Source: a virus. From it: a stretch of 64,000 bases of DNA. Positions 11,173-25,456 of this stretch are shown piece by piece (within the stretch, counting starts at the first letter, position 1; every line of letters begins with the position of its first letter). The notes beneath the pieces are model-generated. The model did not search any database and was not told the DNA's origin. It was given only the letters and a program-made list of their open reading frames with translations. The position numbers and the translations under genes are program-made. The stretch is taken from IMG/VR virus record IMGVR_UViG_3300045988_174402; one strand, 5' to 3'.

Positions 11173-14100
11173 ATCCTTGAGTCATTATTGTATGTAAAGC
11201 AGAGATGGTAGCTAATTGAGTTCCATTATATCTAACTCTAATAATCGCATATTTATCTCTTACTCTTGTAGATTTAAGAGTCTCATTTTCATAATATATT
11301 GGCTGAATAACTGTATACCACATATCATGATTATAATATATATTTCCTAACCTTCTGCCATACTCTTTAATATTTAAACAATCCTGATGTACTAATAACG
11401 AATATTCATTACGCATATTATCTCATGTAACAGTTGTATAATATTCCTTTTTTGTATTTTTATCATCGTCTTTATCTAATAAAATCTTAGGAAAAATATT
11501 TGTAATACTTTCTCCCTTTTTAATTGAAGAATAAATATTTTCTTTATCAAAATCGTATACATCTCCAACAATTTCTATTTCGAGAGATTCTGGTTCTACA
11601 TTATTAGAAACAATAACTAAATTATCAAATATTTTATGTAGTCCAGCTGGAGTATTAACAACAAATTCAAATTCGAATGGTTCTTGTTTATCATACCATT
11701 TAGTTGGGAATATTCTTCTCTTTGAATCTGGATTATTATAATCTACTTCATCAATATTTCCAGCTCTACCGTGTAAATATATATTGTTTAATAAAGCTTT
11801 TCTTCATTTATTTTTTTCCTCTGCGGATTTTAATTGATTTTCAGGAATAAGTAAACCTATATCATAAGATCTAGTTGCAGCAAATACTAAATAATCATTA
11901 TTACTTACTTTAGAACTATTATATATTCCTTTATATTTAGATAAAAGATATGGAGTATATTCTATATTTATAATATAATATAGATATTTACTATTAGTAT
12001 TCTTTTTAAATTTAATTACAGTTTTATCCTCTTTATTATAAACATAAGATATATAATATACATATAATGCATATTGTTGAGAAGCTTCGTTATTATCCTT
12101 TGTTTGAATTCTAACTCCATCTAAAGTTAAATATTCTTCTCCTACCTTTCAAAAATATAATCCTGTTTCTTCATCTTTTTCAGATTTAGGAATTATTACG
12201 TTGTTAGCTTCAATTATAAAATTATCATTATCAACCTTTGCTAAACTATAATCATTTTCTGCATGTTTGTCTATTAGTACCTCTGATTTAACTCTTTCAT
12301 CTCAATAATAACCTGTAATTTTTACAGATTGAATATTGAAATTTGCATATTCTGAATTAGAAATAAATCTTAAATCTTTATCAATATTTATATCATCTCA
12401 TAACCCATTTCATGGATTCATTGGAGCAATTATTGATTCTGATTGTTTCCTAAGATTATTATTTAAAATTCCATAGATATTTGTTTTAGAAAGATCAAAG
12501 CTAAAATAACTGTTATATAGATTACCTGAAAAGAATGGAGTTCATGAGTATCTAGTTACTCACATTTTTCGTACCTCATTATAACAGATATTCCAAATTT
12601 TATCTTTATTATAAAAAGTGAACATCACATCATTTTTATACGAGTTAAAATGAGTCTTTACATTTCTAACTCCTAGAATAACAGATTTTTCGAGTTTCTT
12701 TAAATTGATATTATCATTTAAATATCTCTGAATATTAAATTCTGATATTAACTCAAATCCTTCTTCTGACAGTTTTCAAATTTTCTTAGCATATGTATCT
12801 ACTCCATACAAAGCTCTTGGAGTTCTAATAATTGAATCTTTCCAACTTGATCCATACATATCAGAGATCATTGTCATTTGCTTTTGAAGAACTCCAGAAC
12901 CATACATATGAATGTTTTGTCCTTGAGTAGTTTGAATTAGTGCTTTTTCATTTACAGGAACTATAGCAATAGCATGTTCAAAGACACAAAGAATATTATT
13001 TTGTCAAGGAAGTATTTTAACAATTCCTCCATACTGCCTGTCCATGTCTTCGTATGACAATCCTTGAAATACTTTATATGAGTTTTTAAACGAACCGTCT
13101 ACTTGAACATTACTAAACATTATTCTAGTATCAAATATATCTTTAATATATGGTACTATTTCAAAAGCGTAATTTCTTTTTACTCCTACTGTAGTATTAT
13201 ACCCAAAGTTTAATAATGCAGATTCAGGAATCTTTGCAGATGATTTTACTGAAATATCATTTACAGGATAAAAGTTTCTATAGTTTCCCATTAATGCGTA
13301 TTCATCTGTATTGAATGGATCTAAAGACCGTAATCCAATATTTGAATTAGATAAACACTTATATACAAACCATGTTCCAATTGGAACTGCGTCTACATCA
13401 GCTTTATTGATTGCATCTCAATCTGTAGTACTTCTAGCTCCTTTAAAATTGTCTTTCCAGCAATTAGGATCAACAATTGTATCGTTAATAGGTACAGAGG
13501 TTGAAGTAAAATTACGATGCATTCTTGTACATACTGTTCCTGTAAAGCAGTCTCCTCTAAATACAATAGGAACTGTATTTAAATTAATATTAGTTTTATA
13601 TGTAAAAGATATTGGAATTAACTTTTTGTTAGTTGAATTATCTATAGCTAAATAGTCTTTACGCAGTTGCGTAAATGTAAATTCTGCAAAGTTAGGATTA
13701 TCAGTAATGTACTTTTTAATTGCTATATTATCATCAGTACTATCATCTATACTATCCTTATATTCTAATGCGGTATTTAGATAATCAATCAAATCCTTCT
13801 CAAATTCATAATCTGAAACCGAAGTTTCTCATAATGGACAATTTTTAGTAACAATTTGATCTTTTTCTATATCGTTAACTACTTCTTCATCAGATAAGCT
13901 ATATCTATCACTAACTGCAAAAAATGGAGAATTATCTCTCATTCTAATTGTAAAATATTCTTCAAGAAAGGCTTCACTGTAATTCTTTATATAAATATCA
14001 TATAAACAATTATCCTCAACATCTCCTTTAACTCCAATAAAAGATGTAAATATACCTCTGATATAATCAGTTGAAGTTGCGTTATCTGTAACAGTGTGCC

Positions 14101-15940
14101 CAAAAGAAACTACTTGTTTTAAATCCTCTTGCATACCTGCTTTTGTACTAAAAGCATAATCGTCAAGAATTCTTTGAGGTACTTCAGAATCAACATAAAT
14201 TAATCCTTTTACTTGTTCAGAATCTGTTCCACTTTGAGTTTTATAATTTGGATAATAAATTCTAGTCTTAATATTCTTTAAACTATCTTCAAATTCAGTT
14301 TTTCTTATTAAGTTAAACTCAGACCCATTAAATAAAGATTGCAGTTGCTTATCTACATAAGAATCAATACACAATAACCCAGAACTAGATTTCATATTAC
14401 TAACAATCTTTCTAGAATTATATTCTGTATTTAATACCCGAGATGTATTTATGAATGATTCTGCTATATACTTAGGACTTCCATTTTCTGTACCATCTCT
14501 AAGTGTAGGAACACTACTAGCTTCATCAACTCCAATACTAAAACCTTGTGCTAAAAAATTAGGTATTCTTTTTTGGCGAACAAAAAAGTACCCTTTAATA
14601 TTATATTCTTTAAGCTTATCTATTACAATTTCTGGAATTTGAAATTGGATTCCAAGTGGAACTACTCTCTGATTACTGTAATCAATTATGTCTATATCTT
14701 TACTAAATCTAAATATTCCATTAGTATTTTCAAGTTTAGTCTTATCTAGAAAATCAGTAAACTCAATATCTTCAATTTTATTTTCAAACTTAAAGTTTAT
14801 TTTACCTTCTTTCTCTATTGTATAGTTAAAGTCTATTCCTCTTAAGTTATATACTGGAGATAAATGATCATCATTAAAGATATAAACTATTCCAAATCGA
14901 TATAGTTCTTTTGGAAAATATCCTAATCTATAATATAGATTTTGTGGAGAGTAGTATTCTATTTGAGAATCGTCAAGATTTTCTTTAGTTACAAAAGTAT
15001 CAGGATGAATATATCCTATATTATAATTTTCATCCTGAACTTCTTTAGCTACTATATGTAAAGATAAATTTCTTAGGCCAGTGTTTTCATCTTCATTTTT
15101 CTCTACATTAGCAAAAAATAACATATTTTGTACTTGTGTTTGAGTTTTCACACTCTCAACATAATTGTACTGAATATTTAAATCTTCAACCGTTACTTGT
15201 GAAGTTTCTTCATATCCAGTAATAGTTATTAGTTGTGAACCAGAAACAATTTCATAATTAACATCAATTTTATATGTTTCTTGAACTAGTACTCCATTTT
15301 GATCACAAGTATTTCGTAAGCAGTATAGATTAAAGTATTTAAAAGAAGTGTCTATATTATAAAAGTTAAGTAATATTGACTTATCTGTTCTTTCATCCAT
15401 AAAAGCACCACTACATGTTTTTGGATTATTAATAGTTCCTTTAAATACAGAAATTATACCAGTTTCAGCAACTATATCTGTTTCGTTAAAATCCTCATCG
15501 AGATATTTTAAATAGAAAATATAGTTACCTCCTTTTAATTGCCCAAAAGTTGAAACTTTGTTAAGCTTCAACTTTGGGATCTTTTGTACATTTCTAAACA
15601 ATCTAGTTTCTTGATCAAGAAAACTTTCATCATATAGATTAGATTGTTTATTTTGATTTCGATTAATAACTTTGTATCTATCTCCTTCTAATAAGGTAAC
15701 TCGGCTATTAATTATACGTGGAGGATTTATATCATCATTTAATATTAAGTTTACAGATCCATCATAACTTTGTTGACATTCAATATCAATTGGATTTTCT
15801 AAACTAATATTAAGTTGATCATTATCTACTTGAAAGTTAGTAATACTACCATCATCAGCCTTAATATTTCTTAGTGGATGATATTCTCAAGCGACATCTC
15901 CCTCTGTTTTATATTTTTTAACTTTTAAAGTTACATCCAT
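11165..15940 (-). CDS. very large structural protein (1591 aa), baseplate/tail-associated by position
   Basis: ATG at 15938-15940 lies directly after the upstream TAA. Track ORFs 13829..15601, 13418..13792, 13004..13291 and 11165..11416 are in the same frame. I checked 11417-12181 codon by codon and found only TGA interruptions. The remainder is inferred from frame identity. Confidence 0.5.
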
Positions 15941-15941
15941 A

Positions 15942-18900
15942 TTACCTATCACATGTTATTGTACTACATTGTGCTATATCGACCCATCCTCCATAAGTTT
16001 GAGACATTGCTAAGTCTCCTTTACTTAAGTTTGAATCATCATCAATATATACTCTTCCCTCCTCATATCTAAGATATTTAACAAGTGTAGATAACTTAAT
16101 CATGTTATCTTCCTCTTTGTAAGATTCATGTAAGTATACTTGTTTATTACTTAAATTTTCAAGTTGATTAAAAGAATCTCTTAATTTATTATATTTATTG
16201 TTAACATTTTCTACAAAACTTGCTAATGCTATTTGTATATTATTATCACTTGTAAAATAAAATGTTTTAGATACAGGAATTCTAGAAGTAATTTCATTAT
16301 CTATTTGAAGTTTATCCTTAATTTTATCTATTGAATCTTTTAAATTACTTGAACCGTTATATGTATAACCGTAATTAAATTTAACAATAGCATTTAAAGC
16401 CTTAGTCTTAAATGAATCAAATTCTTCTTTAGATAAAGATATAGTATAAAAATAATAAGATATCTCCATAACCGTATCTGCAATTCTAACATAAGCCATT
16501 ATTGCTGTATATAGTAGCATTGCTTGCAATTGCATAGTATCTCGCTGATTATTATCAATCGGCATTCCTTGTACAGGCGGAAACGAATAAAATATAGCTC
16601 AAGCTCTATCAGACCTTTTACTGGGAATTAATAAACCAAATAACCAATACTCATAATTTGGATACTCTGTAGTTGCACGAATTTTTTTATGATCTTTTCC
16701 ATTTCTATTATCTGCTGCAAACATCATCGGTCCTTTTATAGCAGAAGTTACACTTCTCATTTGACTTGATTTTAAGTGCCCACTACTAGAGGTCATAGAA
16801 TCTCTAGATAATCCTCATTTATCATATTTAGAATCTTCATTACTATAATCTCAACGTTGACCACTATCAGGATTTAATACATTAATATCTGTTAAAGTAA
16901 TTGGAATAGATTGAGTAGAATTCGCCTTAAAATAACGGTTACCTATAACTTCTCATTTATCTACTCATGATTTATGTTTTCTTCACTCAGTAGACATATT
17001 ATTTTTACTTCAAACACAATAAGTTACAAACGATTTTAAAGATATTTGATTTTTATTATAATCATAAGTATTATTTCAATTAGAATCAAGAGTACTAAGA
17101 TTATTTAAGTTTTTTTCATTTTTAGCTCTAGTTTTTCTAATTGGAGAATTACTTGCAACAGATAATGCATATTGATCATATATATCAAAATAAATCTCCA
17201 CATTTTTATCAATATATTTTTTATTAGAATCTTTATTAGATCTAATATTAACTTTGTGCGATTTATTTAAAGTATCTATAAAATAACAATTGCTTCCTAT
17301 TTGGCTTAATATTAAATCTTTTCAAAGTCTTCCAATAGAATTATCATATTGATTTTTTGGAAGAATTATTTCAAATAAATCCCCTTTACCTTCTTCCTGA
17401 AGTATATATCTTTGTGCAGATCGAACATTTGCGCTTCCGACTTTATTAGTTGTTTTATTTTCCGCTACAAACGCGTCTCCATAATATTTTTTAATATTAT
17501 TATCGTTTTCAAAAGTATCTTCTATATTTAATGTAGATATTTCAGTATAATCATTACTATCAATATTCTTAATAAGAATAACATCTGTTGGAACTTGATC
17601 TAACATCTTATCAAAATTATTTATTGTAACAGTTAACTGATGAGATATATTACTAGCTCATAATTCTGCAGTTATACTTTTGTAATCATCTCAAGCATAA
17701 AAATAATTAGTAAGCTCAGATATATATAATATTTGTTCCTTTTTGTCTCCTAATATTATATTAGAATCAGTTTTAATAAAATAGTATACTTCTAAAGTAT
17801 AAATATCTTCTTTATCAAAATGATTTATATTTGGATTATAATCTTCTGAATAGTAAGGAATATCAACAATATTTATTCCATTATAATCTAATTCATTTCA
17901 TGAATATACTTTTGTACCATTATTTAATGTTATTTCATCTCCTACTCCTTCTATAATACATTTTTTATATTCGTAAGGAAGTTCAGGAGAATAACGATAT
18001 AGGTTATATCCAATATTTATACCTGGAGCTGCTTTAAAGTCAAAGTATAAAGTTGTAGAGTTTTGATCTACATAATACTTAAAATAATCTTCTCCAAATG
18101 TTATTTTATTTGCATCAATTGTTTGAGATTCAGTACTGATTACTGTTGTAAACTGATCATATATTATATAGTTATCTCCAACTTTTAAAGCAGGAGTAAC
18201 GTAGTTGTATTCTATATCTGTTTTTTGATATGTTGTATGTAAAATAGATTGAACATCATTATACTCTAAAATAGAAATTTCACTCTGCTCAATTTTATAA
18301 CGTTTTTCATTAATATCAGATTTGATATCCGATGTATCGTGAAATATAAAACATAAATTATCTTTAATGTAATTTAAACGAATATTATCATACGTTTCTT
18401 TACTTCAAATAGTTTTTAGTTTTAGATTTCCAGTAGGAGTTACAACATATTTATTATCAGTAGTTTGGTTTACTGTTACATTTGATTGTTCAAAATATAC
18501 TCCAAATTCTTCTGGAGTATTAATTTCAAATCTTGCAGCTAACCAACCAGGTATTTCTCAAGAAATTGGTTTATAATCTGTACTAGTTTCAACATCTTGT
18601 TCAGTTCTAAAATTAATATAATTATTTATTCTATATAACTTATTTTCATCAGTTAAAACATATAGATTTAAATGTTGCCAATTTAATTTTTCTGTAGATG
18701 AAGAAAGTAAATCTTCTGATTCTCCTTTGTCATTTTTATAATATAATAAATATTCGTCTCCTGGAGATAAATAAAAATTAACATCCTTATCTTTACTTAA
18801 TAAAGTAACAGATTGATTATTTATATTAGAATAAAAACTATATATGTCGTCTTCTAGCTCAATAAAATTTAAACTATTATTTGTATTATCTCCTTCAATA

Positions 18901-19205
18901 TTATTAAAAATAGTTTGAGGTGCAGGAAATGTACCAATTTCTGCTTTATTTTCTATAGGATTATAAGATATTATATATAATAATCCTCCATGTTCTTTTA
19001 GTCCAACTGGAACGTAGTTTGGAGTTAAACTTCCTTGTTGAAAGGCATAATTACCCATATCATTTTGAAGAATAAATTCGTCTCCATTATATGTAATTAA
19101 AGTTCCATTTAGACAGTCTGTCATAACAGTATTTGGAGTTACTAAAGGATGAAGGTCCTTAATCATTCCTCCATTAAACTGACTAGTTTGTGTTAATCTT
19201 TCCAT
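15942..19205 (-). CDS. large structural protein (1087 aa)
   Basis: Track ORFs 18558..19205, 17322..17606, 16599..16796 and 15942..16565 share one frame. I checked the 16566-16601 junction, and the stop is TAA at 15942-15944. Confidence 0.5.
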
Positions 19206-19206
19206 A

Positions 19207-20946
19207 TTAAATTAATTTCAATATACCGTCTTCATCAACTTGCAAAGTTCCAGATTTATCTCCAATTGTTACAGTTCCATCTGAATTTATTACTATTGCT
19301 TTTGTCTCAAAATCTCCATCTACTGATATAGTAAATGCTTTTGTTTCTAAGGACCCATCCACATTAAATGTAGCAGATTTTGTTTTAATTAATCCTGTTG
19401 AATCAATTAAATAAGATTCTGTTTCAATTTTACCTAAATCTCTATTAATTGTAATTCACAATTGATCCTGAACTTTAACTTCCGCTAAAGTATTACTGAT
19501 TTTTAAAAAAGGCCATGCTATATTTGGATTTATCAAAGTACAATTCTCAGGGCAATAAATTCCATTTCCAGTTAATTCTCCAAATATAGAATCAGTAATT
19601 CCACTTAAGTTTCCAATAGCTCCAATACTATTTCCTATTACATCTAGGTTAATATAATAATCAGGAATACAAGATAAATCTTCATTTACTGTATAGTCAC
19701 TTAAATTATAAGTTCCTATTACTTCTTCATTATTATTAATAATACTATAATCTTCAGAAGTTTCTATATGAGAATTTTTAAAAGAATAAGTTTGTAAATC
19801 TGTAACTATAGATATAGTTGATTCACTAACAGAAGTTACTATTGCGTTAACTACTACTGTATTTGACTCTTCTGTTTCATACTCAGAAGTACAAATATTA
19901 TTAACAATATTTCCATTCTTATCTTTGTAAATAATATTTTCAGCTGAAAAAGTAAATTCTGTTCCAATTTCTAATGTACCTGAAGAGAATTCTATTGTAT
20001 ATCCAGTACCATTATACTTAGCAGGAATTGTTTCTAAATATATAATTTTAGATAATATATCATATAATGAACCCTGAGACTTAGTTTGAATTGTTTTTCA
20101 AGTATCTAAATTTTTTGGTTTAAATACGATTCCAGAATTATCCATATATTCTACAGTTTCTGGAGTTCAGTTATAATTACTGTTTATAATTTCAAATAAA
20201 TTAGAAGCTAGTGTATAAAAATCATCTTCAGTAATAATTTCGCTTTGATTAAAAAGATTATGAATAATAGTAAATATATCTACATTATAACTAATAAGTT
20301 TTGAATTTAAAAACTCAGAAAAATTAATAACTTTAACACTAGATCCAATTTGTATATTGCCTATTAAATTTTGAAATGATAAATTTTCTATATTACCGTT
20401 AGTAACTGAGATAGATCTAGCTATGATATTACCATCCTCTACTTTAAAGTTTCCATCAGATGTACCAATAGATTCAAATTCTAGTTTATCTGTCTTTTTT
20501 ATAAAATCAGATGCAAAATAACCATCGAGATATTCAGCATTTAAGTTATTTATTCTAGTATTATCTCCATTAATAACAAATGCAGGATTTCCATTAAAAA
20601 TAACTGTATCATTAAAAGTATTAGTTGTAGAAATTGACGGTCCTTCTGTATCTTCCTCTTTATCAAATGGAAGGTACATTTCATTATCCGTATAATATAT
20701 ATTATCTCCAGGTGCAAAAATAATTTTTGAATCTCCAGGATATTCTAATTCTCCAGAAAGATAAGGCCCCATTCCTTCTTCTGCAATTATAAAATTAGAC
20801 TCTGCAGCATTAGAGCTTTTATCATCTGCATTTTCTGTATCGTATTTCAAAGTATAATACTTATCTCCAACTAGCACTCTAATATTTCCTGAGGTTCTAA
20901 AAACTAAGTTTTTGTAAGGATTACCTATTCTTTCTTCTTTTGCCAT
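19207..20946 (-). CDS. structural protein (579 aa)
   Basis: Track ORF 20167..20946 continues through TGA to TAA at 19207-19209. I hand-translated the extension, and the length is divisible by 3. Confidence 0.6.
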
Positions 20947-20947
20947 A

Positions 20948-21484
20948 TTAAATCATTATTATTTTGTTCTTTGCATCTCTATACGCAATGTATTCGAAAT
21001 TTCTTGTTGTAATTTCATTTTTTAAAAACGTTCATCCTACATCAATAGGATAATATAGTTTAAAGAAGTGTGTTCTAGATTTATCTAAAAAACACTCTTC
21101 TTGTATTTTATATAACTTCAAATCTCTAAATTTTATTTTAGCTCTTCGTTTTGAAGTTATCTGAGTTTGATAAAATTCTCACTCAGCTTCTGTTAGACCG
21201 AAATAGTACGCCCCGTTATATATTTCTTGGGCGTACTTATATTTCAGTCTTAGTTTAATTCTAGATTTAATGTTATTATAACGAGCTCTTTTATAGTCGT
21301 CAAAAAACATCTTTCCACAAAAAGCAGTATACTTATGATTTCCCATAACTATATCTGCTCCACTTTTAGTTAATAAATGAAAACTACTAAAACCGTGTTC
21401 TATAACTCTTTTTAACTCATCTTTTGAGATCTTTGGATATTTTTCTTGTATAATACCTAAATAATCGTCTAATTCTTTAATCAT
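20948..21484 (-). CDS. hypothetical protein (178 aa)
   Basis: Track ORF 21179..21484 reads through TGA to TAA at 20948-20950. Confidence 0.6.
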
Positions 21485-21486
21485 AA

Positions 21487-21924
21487 TTAATAGTACACTT
21501 TTGCTTCTTCAGTATATTGATCTATGAGTTTTTTAAGATATTTATCAACATAGATTGGTTTTTCCATAGTTTCTTTATTATGCTTCATATATCTATATAC
21601 TAGCTGGTTTCCTGTAAATTGAGATAATACAAAATCAATATTATTAAATTTACCTCTTCTATATGCTTGTTTAAAGTCTTCATCTGCAATTTGTTTCATA
21701 GAAATTTCTCCATAATTCCCAAAACGCAGAGGTAGTACAAAGGTAACATTATTATTTATAATATCCAATAAGATCTCATAAAAACAGTCATCAAAAATCT
21801 TAGCAGCTAGATTCTTACGATCTTTATATCTATTTTTTACTCATCTTCCTTTTAATAACTTAGGATTTAACCCATTATATAGTTCCCTAGAGTTAAAACC
21901 ATGAGGAAACATTTTTTTATTCAT
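21487..21924 (-). CDS. hypothetical protein (145 aa)
   Basis: The track ORF starts at a TTG. The frame is open upstream to the ATG at 21922-21924 (MNKKMFPHGF), with one internal TGA. Confidence 0.55.
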
Positions 21925-22613
21925 TAGTTAACAGGTTTAAATGATTTCTTATATTGCTTTCTATCCCAACGTGTACGAGCATCAAGAATCTCATTCATTT
22001 CATTTTGCGAGATATGTTCAGGAACTCTAGCATCACTACAAGCTCTTAACCATTCTTGTTTAACTGCTTGAGCCATTTGAAAAGAATTACTATCTCTTAA
22101 TACAAGACTCTTTTTATATAAATCAATATATGCAGCATATGCAGCTAACGCAGTTAATTCTTTATCTGTTATAAGTGGAAGTCCATCATCATCTACAATT
22201 ACACCATGATATAGTACAGATACATTCGAATAATCTCTATCAAACTCTAATGCATTATTTATCTCATTATAATTTAATAGTTTTCCTGATTGGTATAATG
22301 GATCTTTATTCCATTTTCAAGCTTCATTATATCTTTCATAATAAGCATTTTGAACTAATGGGAAGATACTAGTGTCTGAAGTAGATTGAAAGTCTTCAAA
22401 TGGAATTGTTACAGATTCTATAAAAGATAAATTGCAAGGTAATTCTAGTATTCTATTTGTAGTATCTCCTACATATCTATACATTCTAGAATGTTTATTA
22501 CCTATTAACTGTAAACCATTTAAAACTATATCCTCAAAATTATCAGGATTTATTGTAACCCCATATAATATATTGGCAAGAGAATATACAGAATTTATAT
22601 TATTTAACTTCAT
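21924..22613 (-). CDS. hypothetical protein (229 aa)
   Basis: Track ORF 22317..22613 continues through TGA to TAA at 21924-21926, which overlaps the next ATG. Confidence 0.6.
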
Positions 22614-22615
22614 AA

Positions 22616-23287
22616 TTATTTAGGAGTTTGATCGTTAGGCGTAACAGGAGTTGCAAGTTGACGATACCAGCGAATATATTTCTCAGTCATTCTTTTAATA
22701 ATTTCATCAGATAAAATTCCACAATCTAGATATACCTCAGGGTTTTCAGAACAACAATCTCATTCTAAAAGCTTTCTTGGATCTAAGAATAGTGCAATTA
22801 CAGATATATATTTTACAAAAGGAACATTAAAAATATATCCGTCCATATTACCATTAGAATTAATTGCAGTATCTATATAGACATATGGACTTCCTGGTTT
22901 ATTTTTTCTATACTTATGAAATCTATAAGTTTCATCTGTATAAATATTATAACGAGTATGTCTATCTATACTGCCAACAAATCTTATTGTATCAATTCCG
23001 TTTATATAAATAATCGGTGGAATTTCAAAATGTAATGCTTTTTCTCCAACTTGTAAATCACAACATTTTGACATATAATCACAATCAACTCCAATACAAT
23101 TAATTGCTAAAAATAATTCATCTAAAGTTAAAATTCCTTTTAAAAGAAATTCTCTCATTATCTGATTACGTTCAGCTACTACTTCATCCTGAAGTTGTTC
23201 TACAGATATTTTGGGATTTGAAGTAATTCCAGCTAATCCAGTTACTGTATTATTATATACAGCACTTGCTATTTGTTCTATTGTCAT
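22616..23287 (-). CDS. hypothetical protein (223 aa)
   Basis: Track ORF 22760..23287 continues through TGA to TAA at 22616-22618. Confidence 0.6.
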
Positions 23288-23299
23288 AAACTTCAGTTT

Positions 23300-23340
23300 A
23301 AAAAATTAAAGGCAGGACAGGGAAATACCCCGCCCTGCCT
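23300..23340 (-). terminator. intrinsic terminator after gene 23369..24547
   Basis: GC-rich imperfect hairpin ggcaggacaggg/ccccgccctgcc, followed by a T-run on the minus strand. Confidence 0.6.
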
Positions 23341-23368
23341 TCTCTAAACACTTTTATATATTGAAGAA

Positions 23369-24547
23369 TTACGCGATTACCTTGAATTCTTTCGAGGCTT
23401 CTGAGCCATAATAAGAAACAGTAACTTTAAGTACATCACCTACTTCTGCAGTTTTTTCTGAAACAACAGATAATAGACCTGATGTTTTACCAATTTCGTA
23501 TTTACCATCAGCGTTTTCTACAGCATACGTAACATCTTTTGTAACATCGCCACTAATTGCAGGACCTGAAATAGTTTGCTTAATAGAAACTTTTCCAGCA
23601 TTAATGTCTGCAACAGTTAGATCAGCATCATTTAGAATTGTAATTTTGAAAAGTGCATCAGGAATGTCTACAATAACTTCTGAACCAAATGCTTCTTTGA
23701 TTGCTGTTTCAAACTCATCAGCAATAGAACTCAATACATAGAAAGTATGAGTAGTAATTGACTTCAGAGCCTGACCAACAGTACCTTGTCCATGAAGACC
23801 TCTACGAGGTGAGCAATATCCAAAAGAATATTGAACATAGAGACCACCCTTAACAGGATACTCCTCTTCATTTAAAGCATCATACCGAAGATTAGGATAA
23901 CTTGGGAATCGAAGATTCTCCTGAATCCATGCGGCTGTACCAACTTCCATTTCATTAGGAACATAGCTATCTTTGCGGTTAGCTTTAGAAAGTGCATCAA
24001 ATACTGTAACATACGTCCATTCGTTGCAAGCATCTGCAGGACATCCGTTGTTATCTGCAAGTTGTAATTCAGCTACTTTAATAGTCTGATGTGAATCAAT
24101 TCCACTAATTTTTACTTTATTAGTATCAACTTTTGTAACACGTGCAAATCTATAATTTTCAGGAATCGCCATTTCGATAGCTTTAATCATAATTTCCTGA
24201 GCATCAGCAAGATTGCTAGCATCAAGTTCGAATTCAGCCATAATTGGCTTACCAAACTTATACCAGGGATAAGCATAGTCTGAAAGATATTTTCCATCTA
24301 AACTAAAACCTACAATTACACGATAAATACCAGCGTCTGTTGGAACATTAAGTATAACTGAAGGAGCAACTCCTTTGTTGTACATTGTTTTATAAATAAC
24401 TCCATCAATTAGACCTTCTTTTCTATAATCTGCACAACGAAGTACACGAAATAGATTTACAGCTCCAGTCATTGCCTTGAAACGAGGAGTTACACCATCT
24501 TCAAGTACATTTGAATTGATTATTACTTCTTTTTGAAAATCAAACAT
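23369..24547 (-). CDS. putative major tail (tube/sheath-like) protein with C-terminal Ig-like domain
   Basis: Intact 392-aa ORF with no TGA, followed by a strong terminator. The C-terminal ~90 aa look like an Ig-like (Big_2-type) beta domain. The functional call rests on position only. Confidence 0.45.
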   Translation of the reverse strand: MFDFQKEVIINSNVLEDGVTPRFKAMTGAVNLFRVLRCADYRKEGLIDGVIYKTMYNKGVAPSVILNVPTDAGIYRVIVGFSLDGKYLSDYAYPWYKFGKPIMAEFELDASNLADAQEIMIKAIEMAIPENYRFARVTKVDTNKVKISGIDSHQTIKVAELQLADNNGCPADACNEWTYVTVFDALSKANRKDSYVPNEMEVGTAAWIQENLRFPSYPNLRYDALNEEEYPVKGGLYVQYSFGYCSPRRGLHGQGTVGQALKSITTHTFYVLSSIADEFETAIKEAFGSEVIVDIPDALFKITILNDADLTVADINAGKVSIKQTISGPAISGDVTKDVTYAVENADGKYEIGKTSGLLSVVSEKTAEVGDVLKVTVSYYGSEASKEFKVIA

Positions 24548-24574
24548 AGTTTTCTAATTTTTAAGTTAATAAAT

Positions 24575-25447
24575 TTATTTATTTCCAGGTACGGCTATAG
24601 TCTGATTAATAGGAACGTTTGTTTGTAATCTTGGATCACCTGCATTCTCTAATAATAGTCTAGTTACGATATTAATAATCTCGTAACAAACATAGTCTGG
24701 AAATTCCAGGGTTTGAGTATTATCTTCTGGTAATAATACATCATCCTGAGTCATGGAAACATACATAGGAGCTTTTACATAAGTAATATATACATTATTT
24801 AAACTTCAATTCGAATCGCCACTATGTATTTCCAAATTTACAGAAGATTGATTTACAATCCTTTTATATGGTTCTTTTAATGCATAAAATCGATATTTTC
24901 CATCCTCTGTTTTAATATAATTAGGACGATAACTACCTTCTTTAATTTCATTATCCATAACAGGATTTGTTACTGGTTGATCTTTTTCATTTCTATTAAT
25001 AATATAATAATATGGCTTCTTATGTGAAGGTTTCATATAATAATTATTAATAATACCTGCATAAAGATCTGCAGTTAATCTTTGACATGTTGAAGTAATA
25101 GTTCTTTGCACTCCATTTCCACATCTAGATTTATTTGAATCACTACCTGTAAATTCTGCAATACAATTCAACATATGTAAGTAATCTTTAGGAAGTTGTA
25201 GCTCTCAAACAGTATCATTAAATTCCTGTCTTGGAGCAATTTTACCTACTTTAATTACTGATGTAGTTTGTAAAAATCCTAAGTCATCTGAACTTTGTTG
25301 ATTGTACTCACTTCTATTATATACACTATTTATATATTGTTGAATTGCTTTATTAAACAAGTATATGAAGTCCTCAAGTAAAACTTGAGGAGCTTTCACC
25401 TTGTTGCATTCAACTAAAATGTATTCATATGCTTGTCTAATAGTCAT
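24575..25447 (-). CDS. hypothetical head/tail-joining region protein (290 aa)
   Basis: Track ORFs 25205..25447, 24806..25174 and 24575..24766 share one frame and are joined through two TGA codons. Confidence 0.6.
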
Positions 25448-25456
25448 TATATATTG